59,865 nucleotides of DNA, taken from contig ADNK01000579.1 of the NCBI GenBank assembly GCA_000320545.1, positions 1-59,865 on the forward strand. Direction: 5' to 3'. The translations under genes and the position numbers were made by a program. This DNA is from Bigelowiella natans CCMP2755 (lineage: Eukaryota; Protista; Cercozoa). Below the pieces are notes generated by a model. That model did no database searches, had not been told where the DNA came from, and saw only the letters and a list, made by a program, of their open reading frames with translations. This document shows, piece by piece, positions 29,886-43,590 of the stretch; positions within the stretch are counted from its first letter, which is position 1; the number at the start of each line of letters is the position of its first letter.

Positions 29886-31736
29886 GATCACCATCACCTT
29901 CCCCACTACCTACATACTACCTTTTCCACAGATGCATTCCCCCCCCCCGCTTGCAGTGCCTTCGATGATGCATTCAGCACCCCAACAGGAAGTAATTGAT
30001 CGGTCGTTAACGTACCCGTTTTATCGAAGAGGCAGTGGGTTATTTTACCAGCAAAAGGCATTCTAAAGGGTTCGGTACAGAATACACCTTGTCGCATTAA
30101 TGCCAACAAAGCTGTATTGACAGCTACTGCCATTTGCATTGGAAGTTGACGAGGGACGACTGAAGCTATAATGATGACACATCGAAGCAGCAGCTCATGG
30201 GTAGATCTATAAAGAAAAGAGAAGAAGAAGAAGAAGAAGACAGGATAAGCATGCTTTCAGTGACTTTGTTTCTCTCGTCTTGTAGCTCCATCACCACTAT
30301 TCATGACCGTCATCATTATTACCGTTACCATCATCATCGTTGACAGTTTAATCTTCTTTCTCTTCTTCTTCTTCTTCTTCTTCTTCTTCTTCTTCATCAT
30401 CATCATCATATCCCCACCTCTCCTCCTCCTCCTCCTCCTCCTACTACTACTGCTTCTTATAGCGGTCTCATTCTTCTGATTACTAGTACTATAAAGCTCT
30501 AATTGCTCTCATTATTATTACTAAGGCCTAATACCTCTCTCCTTTCTGTATGCCTTTGTAGAGAACATATCCAGCAGCAGCAAGAGCGAATAACAGCAGC
30601 ACAAGTAAGGCTAAGAACGTCTCCCTAGAGTTGTCAGCAACCTGATTATTAAACAGTAGTGAGTGGTAGAGACCGAATATTAATCAACCAATCAATCAAT
30701 CGATCAATCAAGGTTATTGTGATGCCCCTCTCCTTCTTTTCCCCCCCCCTCCTCCTTCTCATCACCTTCACCACTATATAATGCTATTTATACGCCGGCA
30801 GCAGCAGCAAATTACAGTACAGCTTCTACTTGAATACGTCTTCTTCTACTACTACTACCTTCTGAGTTGAGAACTCTATCATTTGCATGAGTTCTCCCTA
30901 TTTATATCATCATAATTTATATCATCATCAAACAAATATGCAGATTTCATCATCATCATTAAGTAGCAGCAGCAGCAGCACTAGTAGTAGGTAGTAGTAG
31001 TAGTAGTAGTAGTAGTAGGTAGTAGTAGTAGTAGTAGTAGTAGATATTCTTTTCATCGATCAATCAATGCTCTCCTGCTGCTTGAAAACATGAAACATGC
31101 TGCTTGAAAACATGAAACATGCATGCATGCATGCATAAACATGCCCTCTTTTTCTTCCATGCACACTGCTGATGATGACACCACCTGCGAGGAAGAGAAG
31201 CCTGTTCTTAGGACAAAAGCAAGGCAGCCTCCATCGGGAGTCTTTGGCAAAGAAGAAGAAGAAGAAGGAGAAGGAGAAGACCCTCCAACCTGCAATTTCA
31301 AATAGTCAATTGTGAGAGATAGGTATTATTCTAGATTGACAACGAGAATATAAGTAGAAGAAGAAGGAAAGCATGTGCTCCTTTAACAGTCTACAGCATC
31401 TCATTTTTTAGGCCTAACTTACTACCTATCCTTGTTTACTGTTTCTACCCTCTTCTTCCCTCCCCCCCTCCCCCCTTTATTCTTTTTTTCCCTTCTCCAT
31501 CTCCATCACCCACCGACAATTCAATAAATGGATGATACGACAAGCAAGCATGCATAAATGATGTGTCATATCAACAATTGAAGAAGAAGAATGTCAAGTG
31601 CATAGTAGTAGTAGTAGTAGTAGTAGTAGTATATACAACTTATAATCAAATAAATAAATAAATGAATTATTTATCATCATCACAACTGCTTCTTGGGACT
31701 ACAACTACTACCAGAACGCACTGTACTAACACATAC

Positions 31737-31801
<65 letters not shown>

Positions 31802-31934
31802 GACTCAATATATCAACAGTGTGTGTGTGTGTGTGTGTGTGTGTATATTAATATGGGAATAGATCTGTTGTTTACTTATTTGCTTTACTTCTTGCTACTA
31901 CTGCTACTACTAGCACCCCGCTGTTATAACCACC

Positions 31935-31967
<33 letters not shown>

Positions 31968-32163
31968 GACAGTACCGATGATGATGAAGAAGAAAGGTTT
32001 TTCTGTGGATGTTTCTTACTCTCTGGAATGGTGTTCACAAGCATAGTGCCTGCATTCAACGACAACAACAACAACAACAATATGATGCTGCATATGAGAC
32101 AGACGAGCAGGATGATGATGATGATGTTTTCATCAAACTGTGGTGATGGTGGTAGTAATGCTC

Positions 32164-32199
<36 letters not shown>

Positions 32200-32268
32200 G
32201 CCATCTGTTGATTCTTGGAGGCATGTTATGTCTGTGTTCATATTCATGTTGGTACTACCGCACTACCA

Positions 32269-32301
<33 letters not shown>

Positions 32302-32510
32302 CAGAAAATAGGGTATGTATTCGGTGCTCAGCGTGTATGTTAAGACTTTCTTCACCTACAATGCGACGATAGAACATAACACAACAAAACAGACAACATC
32401 ACACCAAATACATCGCCCAACCCAACAACGGAGATCATCATCATCATCATCATCATCATCATTATCATGTGTATACATGTAGTATGCGTCATCGTGAAAG
32501 GGAGGGATTG

Positions 32511-32544
<34 letters not shown>

Positions 32545-33935
32545 ATGGTGGAACGTAACACCACCAGCAGCAGCAGCAGCAGCAGCAGGAGGAGGAGGAG
32601 GAGGAGGAGGAGGAGGAGAAGAGGAGGCCATGGGCAATCGTATTTATTCTTTCATTAATGAAGTGGTAGAGGAGGAGAGCACAACAGAAGAAGGAACGAT
32701 GATATATTTTCCTCCTCATTTTTGTTGTAAAGAATGCACGTTTCTTCTTCTTTTCCCTCCTCCTTCTATTTGATTGTAGACATGAATGTCGTATTGTTGG
32801 ACGAAGTAGTAAGTAGTAATACTTGAATGGTGAATAGAATCTTTCATTTGTGGGATTGACTCTCCAGTCAATGATGCCTTATAATAATCAAATCAACAAC
32901 AATAACATCGTGAGTATTAGTAACGTTATTATTATATTATTCTCATCATCATGATCATCATTACTACTAGTACTTAGTACCTCATTCGCAACAGCACTTC
33001 CAGAGAGTAGCAAGCAGTCACAAGGAACAACATTTAGGGCACTTGCTGCCGCTGCCGCTGCTGCTGCTGCTGCTTTAGCTTGCTTTTCCCTTTGTTTTAC
33101 ACCAGCAACTACTGACTTACTACTAGCCTCTTCGTTAGATTTCTTATTATCACTCTGGTGGTAGTAGAAGAACATCAGATTGATGTAAGATGTAATAAGA
33201 ATAATAATAATAATAAGCAGTAGCAGCAGCAGCCCTTTTGTTGTTAAACTCCTTCACCGCTACCACTACAACACCACCACCACCATCATCATCATCATCT
33301 GCTACCAGTATATAATTAACAATGCTGCATGTTATCATCTCTCTATTAATATTACTTGATTATTGGGAACAACTGCTTTTGCATTCTTTGCTCTAGCAGC
33401 AAGTTCATCAGGATGGGTATACTGTGTATTAGTTTAGAAATATACAGTATACAAATATATTATCAATCGATTGCTATTACACACTACCAAACCAAAGAAG
33501 ACGCACAGATATTGCCATCAAAGCTCATTTTCATTACAGATAGAGAGGGGGGGGGAAAGGAGGAAGAAGGGAATAGCAGTAGCAGCAGCAGCAGTAGTAG
33601 TATGCAGCAGCGAGTACTCTTACTACTACAAGTAGTACCTTAATAGACATGATATCGCCGGGGACCAGATTCTCAGTAGAAACATCACGCCATTCTCGTC
33701 CTAATAATGAAAGATAGAGAGATACGTGATGATGATGATGATCGGTCATATCATTATTCTAACGATAGTTTCTTGCATTGTTAATCTCGTGTTTTTGCAG
33801 TAGTAGTAGACAAGCGAGCGTTGAGTCGATGACAACGGTCAAATAATCATGATGATAATGATTGATGATTGATCATTCAGGATTGATAATGACAGGATAA
33901 GGAGGAGAAGGAGAGAGTTTGTAGCAGTAGTAGTG

Positions 33936-33968
<33 letters not shown>

Positions 33969-34792
33969 TGTGCTAGTTATCCCTCCCTCCATATGCATAA
34001 GATCAGTAATTAGTAAGCATCATCATCATCACCATCGTCATCATCATCATCATCTATCAGGTTGTTTCCAACTTGACGACTACAACAACGCACACAGCGC
34101 ATCTTGGATGTGCAGCTATATGATGAGGAGGACGCCTCCTCCTACTCATCCAACGACAACAACAACAACAACTACTACTACTACTACAACTATTTCAAAT
34201 ACTGCTATTACTACTGTCTACTACTACCTCTAAAAACCTTTACCAACGTTGCTTTTGCTGACATTCCTATAGACAGTAAACTTGGTTTGAGAGTTGTGAT
34301 AATTACATCTCGAGGACATGATTACTATTATTATTATTGTTGTGTCGTTGTTGTTATATATTGCTGTCGGTGTTGTTTATTGATACTCTTAAGTGTATAC
34401 TACGACATTAAGAAGTGGTGAGTAAGACAAATACTCACTACACTCACATGCATTGTAATTTTATATGCTGCAGCATACAATAGCACACCACCAAATAATA
34501 ATTGCAGTAACAACACACACACACACACACACACACCGTTTAGAGAGTTGATTGTCTTTATGCGCTGAAATACTGAAGCTGATATCATGTATGTAACAAC
34601 AAAATAAATAAAATAATAGGAGCTATTGCCCATCATAGCTGTTTAGTAGTAGGGTTAAGACGAAGAAGGAGAAGGAAACAACTAATAATATCTCACATTA
34701 CAACGCAAGTAATATACTCTCAATAAAAATGATGCTGATAATACTTACTACTACTACTACTACTACTACTACTACAGGGAGAGGAATGGTGA

Positions 34793-34849
<57 letters not shown>

Positions 34850-35397
34850 TATGATACAACATACCAATCCATCATACAATTTATACCAAAGTACATGCTT
34901 ATTGCAGTACCCATCATAACCATATTACCATCACCATCATCATCATCATTATCGCATCAATGGTTGGTAGTATAGAGTACCAGACTCGAGCATTAAGATG
35001 GAGAATAACTGGAATACCTGATATGATCAACAACAACAAGAACAACAAGAAAGAAAGCAAGGTTCTAATCATGCTAATCATGCTAATCATGATGATGATG
35101 ATGATCATGATGCTTAAGTGAGAAAAATCCATGAGTATCCTCGGAACTACTACTAATAATAGAATCCCATGTTTATTATTATTACTACTACCTACGTATA
35201 CCGTATATTGCCAATATTCATCCAAGGCCCATAACACAGCACAAAAAACCTGGTGATGATGATGATTCAGTAAATCAATCAATCAATGATATACAAATAC
35301 AACAAGCAAAAGGACTAACATACAACGCCCAATCCTCTGACAATAAGCAGCAGCAGCAGTAGTAGTAGTAGCTTTAACGAAAGGAGGACGAAGAACG

Positions 35398-35428
<31 letters not shown>

Positions 35429-35677
35429 CTTAGACGAAAGGACCAAGGAGAAGGGGGGAAAAAGAACCAAGATAAAGAGGTGAAAATGGTGATAGAATCA
35501 TGAGAGAAAGACAGCAGCGATGAATAACACTCCCCATCGATATGAAAAGGTGGGGCTGCTCACACTACACTCGGATGGAGAAGATGATGATGATGATGAT
35601 GAAGATGATGATGATGAAGATGATGATGATGGGGGATTATCAATGAATAAATGAATCAATCGATGGGAATAATGCCA

Positions 35678-35713
<36 letters not shown>

Positions 35714-35781
35714 TAATCTCATTCTTCAGACTGCTGCTTCTAATGTTGAAGAATCAACAATGCTTTCCTCCCCCCCCCCCC

Positions 35782-35823
<42 letters not shown>

Positions 35824-35979
35824 CCCCCCTCCCTCTCACACAACCTGGAAAACGACGATTGGCCGCCACCAGTTGTTCTTTGGAAAGGGAAATGAACTTG
35901 GGAGGCGGAACTGAAAGTACATTGAGACCATAATGCTCTTTACGGAGTTTCTCCTCTCTTTCACTTAAGCCTTTCCTAA

Positions 35980-36014
<35 letters not shown>

Positions 36015-36165
36015 GAATGAGTAGGAGCGATAGGCAGTAGTAGCAGTAGTCGCAGTGGTAGTAGGGAGGCATGATGATGATAGCAATGATGAGTAACTAA
36101 GAGGAGGGGGAGGGGGGGGATGAGGCGGAGAGAGCGTGAAAGATATAACAGAAGATAAAATCGAT

Positions 36166-36213
<48 letters not shown>

Positions 36214-37499
36214 AATGTACGTGTTACTACCAGCAAGCATAGAAGCTGAGATTGTGGTCAATTGGACATTTGAGCATGCTCACGTAGTTTCCTAGTAGTA
36301 GGTAATCATAACAATAATAATATTAATAATCATCATCATCATCGTATTATTATTTGTGAAATGATATTGCCAAACAGTGCCATATTCAACAACGACGACG
36401 AACAACATGATTTATCTTACGAATAATCACCAAATAGCAAGAAATGGATAGCTGCTGCTGCTATTTTTAGGGTTTCGTCAATGTAACTTGTTTGAAGTTA
36501 TACATAGTGTTCTCCTCATATACTAAAAAGGAATCATTTCAATGGAAAAATCTTGCAAATTTGAATAAAAGTAAATCTCTTCTTCTTCTTTTTCCTCCTC
36601 CTCCTCCTCCTCCTCATAAAATACTTCTCACTACTCTCAGTAAACCAACTTGGGAGCTTGTCCAAACGTTACCTGCATCATTGAATTCGTAACGAAGTCT
36701 TTGGAAGAGGAAAGCAAGTTTCTGTTGTCCCTGAGGACCTGTCTTTGATATGGGGACTAGCGCTGCCTAATTTAGAGGAGGAAAGATGATGACGACGATG
36801 ACTACTACTACTACAATGATGTGATGATGATGGGAATGTATGTACTGTGTGTGTGTGTGTGTGTGCTCTTTGCAAAAGAAGGTCCTCCCTTTTCCCTTTG
36901 AGTGAAAGAGGAATGGGTCGTCACATCATCATCATCATCATCATAATCATCATCATCTTAACGATGTAGATGTAAAGAATGAAATAAGTGTAGTAGCAGG
37001 AACCACCCTCTTTCACGGCAGCAGCAACAAGACTACTATCGAATGAGAAACGTAGTCGTCATTTAACATACTATGTTCACATACTAGTAGTAGTAGTAGT
37101 AGTACCTTTCCTCTATGTAGGTGGGGCTCAACCAATGCGTACAATCCTGCCTGTAATCGTAGTAGTAGTAGTAGTAGTAGTAGTTTGTAGGGGGTAACAC
37201 ACCCAGCAGCAGCAGCAGCAGCAGCAAAAGACCAACAATCAACCATACAAAAAATGAGGAGTAGACGGAGAAGAAAAAGATGACTCAGAAAAAAAAACAA
37301 AGATGTTATTTCTACAACTTGATACTTTGAACACTTCTGAGCGAACGACATGTGTTACCACCACCCTCTATAACAACTAAATAGATCTCTGGGAGTAAAG
37401 TTGTCTTCTCATCTTCTAACTTGCTCACTAGGAAATCATCTTTTCAACCAACTCAAGCAACAGACAGCAGCAGCAGTAGCAGCACCAACCCCATAATAT

Positions 37500-37532
<33 letters not shown>

Positions 37533-39263
37533 TTAAAAAAGAATTAATGTTCTTCTTCCTCCTCCCCCCTTCCTTTATCTATCTTCCCATCCCTCTCGTC
37601 CTCCTCTTCCTCCTACTACTACTACCCTGATCTTTGTTGCTGGTTGAAACAGCGTTTTCGCTTTGAAAGCAGGTCTCCAATAGCACATCAAATGGAATAA
37701 TATATGGCCCTATTATGTTGATATATAGCACATCAAATGGAATAATATATGGTCCTATTATGTTGATATATATAATAAACTACCAGCACCCACGAATCGA
37801 TCATGTGTTTAGTAGAATTATGATTAATTAAAAGAAGCATAGGAGGCCAATCTCATGAATCGTCATGCACTCCACTATCATGATCATATATATTTTAAAT
37901 TATCTCTTAACGTGAATACTCACAAACAACTATTACCGAAATCACAAGAAATAGAGCTGCTCCTGCCCAGGCATTGGGCTGGTAGTGGGAAGGAATACGC
38001 TTCTTGCTACTATTCTTCTTCGTAGAAGATGAAGAAGACGACTCATCAGTTGTGTTTGTACCACTGCTGGCACCACCTTCATCATCTACTACAGGCTCTT
38101 CTCGCACATTATTATCAGGATCATCATCATTCATCTTGCTGCTGGCGTCACCCTTCTTCTCATTAACCACCGACAATTCTCCCATTCCGTCAGATGATAA
38201 TGATGAAGTGTGAGCACCTCCTGCTGCTACTGTGGTAGCCCTGCTGCTCACTTCCTCACCCCAGGGATCATCAAACCATTCATCTAGAACGACCTACGAC
38301 AATTAGTAAACAAGTACAACCAACGGCGATGAACTAACTTAATATTTGCAGTAGCAACACCATAAATTTCTATCATGCTAGACGTATTGTTAGTTGTAGA
38401 TGCTCACAGCAGAGGCAGCAGCATCAGCACAATGCGCTAAAGCAAGCGAGGAGAAAGATTTTTGGGTAAAGAAAGGTTAAAATTATGACTAATCTGTTTT
38501 TCCCAACACAGGATGGAAAGCAATAGTGGCAAGCAACAAAAGCACACACACACACACACATACTACTACTGCTGCTGGTGCTGCTGCTACTTACTAATGC
38601 TGCTTAAAAGAGGACGGAGCACAGATATTAGTGCAGAATACAGATGATAGTGCAGAATGATACCGCTTTCTTTTGTGCTAATGCCATGCGTCTTGGCTCC
38701 CCAATTGTAGTGTATACAAAGTGGCCAGATACAGCATAAAGGACCACTATGAACGCAGCGATCATCATTCGACGCCTAGGAAGGAGAGAAGGAGGAGGAG
38801 GAGGGGTTTTGAGTGTCCCTTAATGGGGTTAAATGTTATCTTTCAATAGGGTTAAATGTCAAAATATATGAGGAGTGCAAGATGATGATGCACATTTATG
38901 AGAGTGTTCGTTCATCGTGTGTTGTTGTTGTTCCATGTACCCGGTAGCCACTTCATGCAAGGTTACCTAAGAAAAATAACAAGATATGTTATTATCATTC
39001 GATATAGTAGTAGTGTCACACAGCCAGTAGTTGGCTACACAGCTGGATATAAAGAGAGTGTGTGTCACTACGCACAAGCAACAACAAAATGATGATGTCT
39101 AGCAAGACTTATCATTCCATTGGATGGCATCATCCTTGTGCGTATGATGCCACTTATATTCGCTACAAGAACGTTGACATTATCAATGCCAGGGGGGGGA
39201 GGTGATAAAATGTCCCGTTGACAGCTACACCTTCTTCAATGAAGCGACGTGCTTGACCTCCAT
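23000..39263 (-). CDS. ATP13A1: P5A-type P-type ATPase (ATP13A1/Spf1-like), >20 exons
   Basis: Phosphorylation motif [10 protein letters not shown] (~30010), hinge [18 protein letters not shown] (~24830-24880), [42 protein letters not shown], and C-terminal [24 protein letters not shown]. First exon [11 protein letters not shown] starts at ATG 39263; stop at 23000. Confidence 0.92.
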
Positions 39264-39639
39264 CGCTCAGTGAGTTTTTCGAATGTGCAGTTTTGCGGTT
39301 CAATCTTATGTCTTGAGGAAATTCAAGCCTAACATTTCACATAGACTCAAAATTTAATTTCAGAATCTGATCTACACCCTTTTCTGCTACATGAAGCGAT
39401 CCCCACCCACCTTCTACGCAGCGGTGAGCAAAGCTCTCGTATCCACAGTCGCAGCAGTTGATACCACTGACGTAATTAGATGATCACCTATTGATAATAC
39501 TGCGACAACGGCATAAACATGTTTGTTTCCATTTTTCACCTATGATTAGCTTTACACATGTGTTCCGAAATACAACTTCCCGGAGCATTGAGACTTAAAA
39601 AATCTGGAAGAAGACAGAACTTGAGATTGTTCTCGCATT

Positions 39640-39757
39640 GATTCCTGGGATCACTTTCTTCGGATCACTTTCCTAGCATTATTTCCTTAGATCATTTCCT
39701 AGAACATTTTGCGGGATTGTTTTTTTTTAGAATCACTTCCTAGGATTGTTTCCTGGG
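39640..39757. repeat. Degenerate ~13-bp tandem repeat (GATYRYTTCCTRG-like) at the edge of the transposon block
   Basis: Units gatcactttcctag / cattatttccttag / atcatttcctag / aatcacttcctag / gattgtttcctgg. Confidence 0.6.
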
Positions 39758-40021
39758 TTGAAAATGATCCCAGCAATTTTGTGCAAGGGCTCAATGTTGG
39801 ACCATGCAAGCGCACACGTCAACCAATTGACGTCAACAAAATCCAGGCCGTCTCCCCCCAGCGGGTGTGAAACGATCCCTCAATTTTCCTTGTGGACACA
39901 TTGGAGAGGGTGTGGATGTGTGAACACACCACGATGATCCTCAAAGAGCCCCTCATTGGAATCACTTGCAATGAATTGAACGAAAAAAACTCACCTTTTG
40001 AAGTTGTGCAAAGAGCTTGAG

Positions 40022-42121
40022 CAGCTCTTTGATGGGATGAGCTGCATCCCAGAAGTTTGGAATGAACTTCAAGCAACAAGTGAACAGCCCAATTGTCCTT
40101 CTCATTGAACTCTCAAACTTTCTTCCAGGCACTGGCGTTTGAAGCTGATCCAGAGCTGTGCACCTCTTGGGATCAGGTTTGTGCGCATTCCCCTCTTTCA
40201 GCAACCCCAATGTTTGCGCTTTCCTTGGAAACACTTGCAACTTCTTTGCACTCAGCTTTGAATTTTTCTCTTCACACTTGCTCAGGTGCTCAGTGAATTC
40301 CAAGCAACCAGCAAGGCAATCAACACCCATGTCAGTCACGTCATCCACGTGCGTCACCGTGTCCTTTGACTCGGAGCACACCTCATCCACTTTCTCACAG
40401 AGTGTTTGTGCTGAGTTTTCGTGACCCATGGGCAACGAGTTCGACGCAAACGCACCCCAGAGGACTGCCATGGCAAACGTTCTTTGTGTCACGATGGTGC
40501 ATGGTGCCTGTCTGTGTCCCCCTTTGGCATCACTGTGCACGTTCCACAGAGAGTTGAGAACTCTCATGAGCGTGACCTCTGTGATGGGTGCAACATTGCA
40601 CTGCAATTTGCACAAGTCATTGAGTTTCTGCATGGCTGCTGCTGCCCTGGGCATCGTCTTTCCTTTGTCCCAAACTGGGAACCCAGGTGAAGCCCACTTT
40701 GCATCCGTGTTGTCCACTTTGCAAAACACATCAGCGTCACACAGTTGCTTGACTGCCTCCTTGAACGTCATCAGCTCATCCGGCAATCGATGAGGTTGCT
40801 GCCTCAATGGCTTCACTCCTGGTTTCAACCGAGGTGACGTGTTGTGCGGTTCACTCCTGAAGCCCCCACAACTGCTGAGCTCCTTTGCGAACACTCTTTG
40901 AAAGCGACACAATGTGAAACGCACGTGCCAGAATTGTTCCTTTGTGTTCATCGTGCTGTCACCGCACTTGATCTCATTTTCGATTCCATCCAGTGGGCTT
41001 GCCATCACAGGACATCTTCCGCAACGTCCTTGTTCGCAACAGCTGCTTGATCCGGAAAGGTGGTTGCCCCTGTGACTTTGGAAACCCCCTTCCTGGCTTC
41101 CTCTTCCGTGATGAATCGATGGCCATTCTCTGCTTTGTGCAGCCTTTGGTCTGGAGCGTCCACCAAGGACTCAAAAGTGGGCAGTGTGGATGACACAGCT
41201 TTCGATCGCAGCCTCACGATCATTGGACACATCGAGCTTGTTTGCATCCCACACTTCTGGTGGTTCCGATGACAGTGATTTCAATTCCGACACGATGCAT
41301 CCCTCCCCTTTTTGACTGCACGGTTGTGATTCCACCTCTTTGTTCAGCACCGTCAGTCTTCGGAGCTTGGGGTCAGGATTTCCGTGGACCGCCATCGAAT
41401 GCAGGTTTTGCACGTCCATCCCTGTTGGGAAATCATGCGCAACCGTGGCCTTTGTTGCTGTTGCCCACACTTTCACTTTGATGCAACTGGCCTTGCTCTT
41501 GGCCTCTCTGAACTTCACTTCAAACGTGGCCTCTCCTGGAGTTTCATTCACTCCCCCATTGAAAGACCTCGTGCATTGTTTCTCAGCTGCGAATGTGAAA
41601 GGAATGCCCAGTTTTTTGAACCTCTGCAACACCGCGACACGTGCACGGAGGCAGGTTGTGAACCACTGTCCACTGACGCCTTTCCTTTGAACACCCCTTT
41701 GGACCCCTCCAAGTGGACCAATGCCTTTCTTCTTCTTCTCAGGGTCGGATCCTCTTCGCAGGGCTTCGACATTGACTCCGCCAACTCAGCCAGATTCACC
41801 GCAGTGAGCTCCAGGGAGAGCTCATCCCAGGCAACTTCTTTCTCCTTCTTTGCGGGGTTGGGATTGGGTTCATCCTTGGCTGTCTCACACTGCACGTCCC
41901 CCGCATTTGTTCCAAGGGATTTTCCTCCATTGGGTTTCCAATCTTTCTTTTCTCCTGGTGGCTCTTTTGCATGCCTGCACTTGCATCTGTCTCCGAATCC
42001 ACAAGTTCCCTTTTCACGAAAGAAGCGACACACGGGTTTTCCCTCGTGCTTCTTGTGACACTCTTTCCCCTTCTTGCATCTTCCCACGAGGTGTTCCGTG
42101 CATGCACTGCTCACCTCCCAT
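40022..42121 (-). mobile_element. Ty3/Gypsy retrotransposon, gag(CCCH)-protease-RT half, degenerate and inverted relative to its 3' half
   Basis: RT motifs RQQPHRLP, WASPGFPV, MQKLN, DAKGGHRQ, LPMG, HVDD, IGLFTCCLKFIPNF (ORF 39962-41008). Protease-like VDSGS (~41660). Two CCCH fingers (ORF 41548-42114). Frameshifted. Confidence 0.9.
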
Positions 42122-42440
42122 CACAGCGGCGCGTTTTGGTGTTGAACTCTGAGTTTTCACACGCGGGTGCAAGAGTTGCACGCATGTTTGACACCACTGC
42201 TTCATGAACGTGATGTTTTTGCACCAAAGTGCAAATCACATTCGTGTGCACATTCACAAGTGTCAAGTGTTTGGGATTTGCAACACTCAAGTGCAAGGTG
42301 TTCATGTTCACAGAGCAAGTGTTGAATTTCACGTGTGACACATCAACTTGACACCATGGTGTGAAGAACCATTCGCAAAAGTGAAATCAAAGTGCAAAGA
42401 CGTGTTGAATTTTGCACTGGAGTGTGAAAAGCCATGCAAA

Positions 42441-43322
42441 TCAACTCTCATCTGGATCCTCTTCATTCTCCTCGTTGCGACTGGCATTGCCAGCATTGGC
42501 CGCCGCTGCCGCGTCTGCAGCCTTCTTCTGCTTCCTTTTGTGGTTCTTGCACCTGTCTGTCATGGTTGCTGCAATTTCCGATGGGAGAAATTTCGTGAAC
42601 GCTGTCTCGTGCATGACATCTGACACCTTCGCAACGTCCTCTGGAAGTCCCTTCAGTCTCATTTTTTTGCCATTCGTGATGTCGAGTTGGGCTCTGATTG
42701 TCTCTTCTTTGATCTTGGACTCCGTGTCAGTCATCAGGGCACAGTGGGTTGTGTTTTCGCTCACTTTTTGTTGAAGCAGTTCACTGCTCATCTTGCTCTT
42801 CAACCACCTTCTTTCAGGAGTGTTTTGTTTTTTGAATCCTTTTGAGAACCAATGCGAGTGACCCGTTCTGAGTGCTGCCGGTTCAATCTTTCCCATCCGT
42901 GCTCTTTTTTTTTTTCGCTCACTGTCGCACTGCTGCTTCGAAAGACGAAATGGTCCAACCCCATCCCCCCAACTGATGCCCATCTGCTTCGACAACTTGC
43001 TGGCGGTGTCGCCATCAAAACAGTCGCACAGTTCAGCCATCTTCAGCTGCTCTGTCACCATGAAATCCATTGCTTTCTCTGCATCCATTGTCCCTCCATC
43101 TTCCAATTCTTTTCGGGTTTTTTCTTCGAGCTCTTCGACAGATGGGAGCGACAACTGCTTCGATGACTCCTTGTCTGGTCTTTGCTTTTTGTCCTTGTTG
43201 TCATCGTTTGCATCTGAATCCTTTCCCTTGGCACCTGCTCCCTTTTTGCCTCCTCCCTCCTTTTTCCTTTTTCTCGAAGGGCTGCTCCTGGTCTTGGTCT
43301 TGCCCATGCCATGCGAGGGCAT
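42441..43322 (-). pseudogene. Second (accessory) ORF of the CACTA-like element, K/E-rich
   Basis: 316-aa ORF 42441-43391 lies inside the TIRs and is divergent from the transposase. No family recognised. Confidence 0.45.
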
Positions 43323-43398
43323 GTGCTGGTGCGAGGGCCTGTGCTGCGTGTGATTTTCACCCTCGTGGTCGATGCCGCTCAAGCTTTTCACACTTCTG

Positions 43399-43590
43399 GG
43401 AAAAAATCAGTGTCATTTGTCACACTTTGGGTGAAATGGAGTTTGTTTTCGGAATTTTTGCTCGTGTGAAAAAAATCATCAGGGGTGCCCGTTGTGTCAC
43501 ACTCTTTTGTGGAAAAAAATCAGTGTCATTTGTCACACTTTGGGTGAAATGGAGTTTGTTTTCGGAACTTTCACTCGTGTGAAAAAAAAC
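43399..43590. repeat. ~110-bp tandem duplication between the two CACTA ORFs
   Basis: gaaaaaatcagtgtcatttgtcacactttgggtgaaatggagtttgttttcggaa...ctcgtgtgaaaaaaa occurs twice. Confidence 0.85.
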
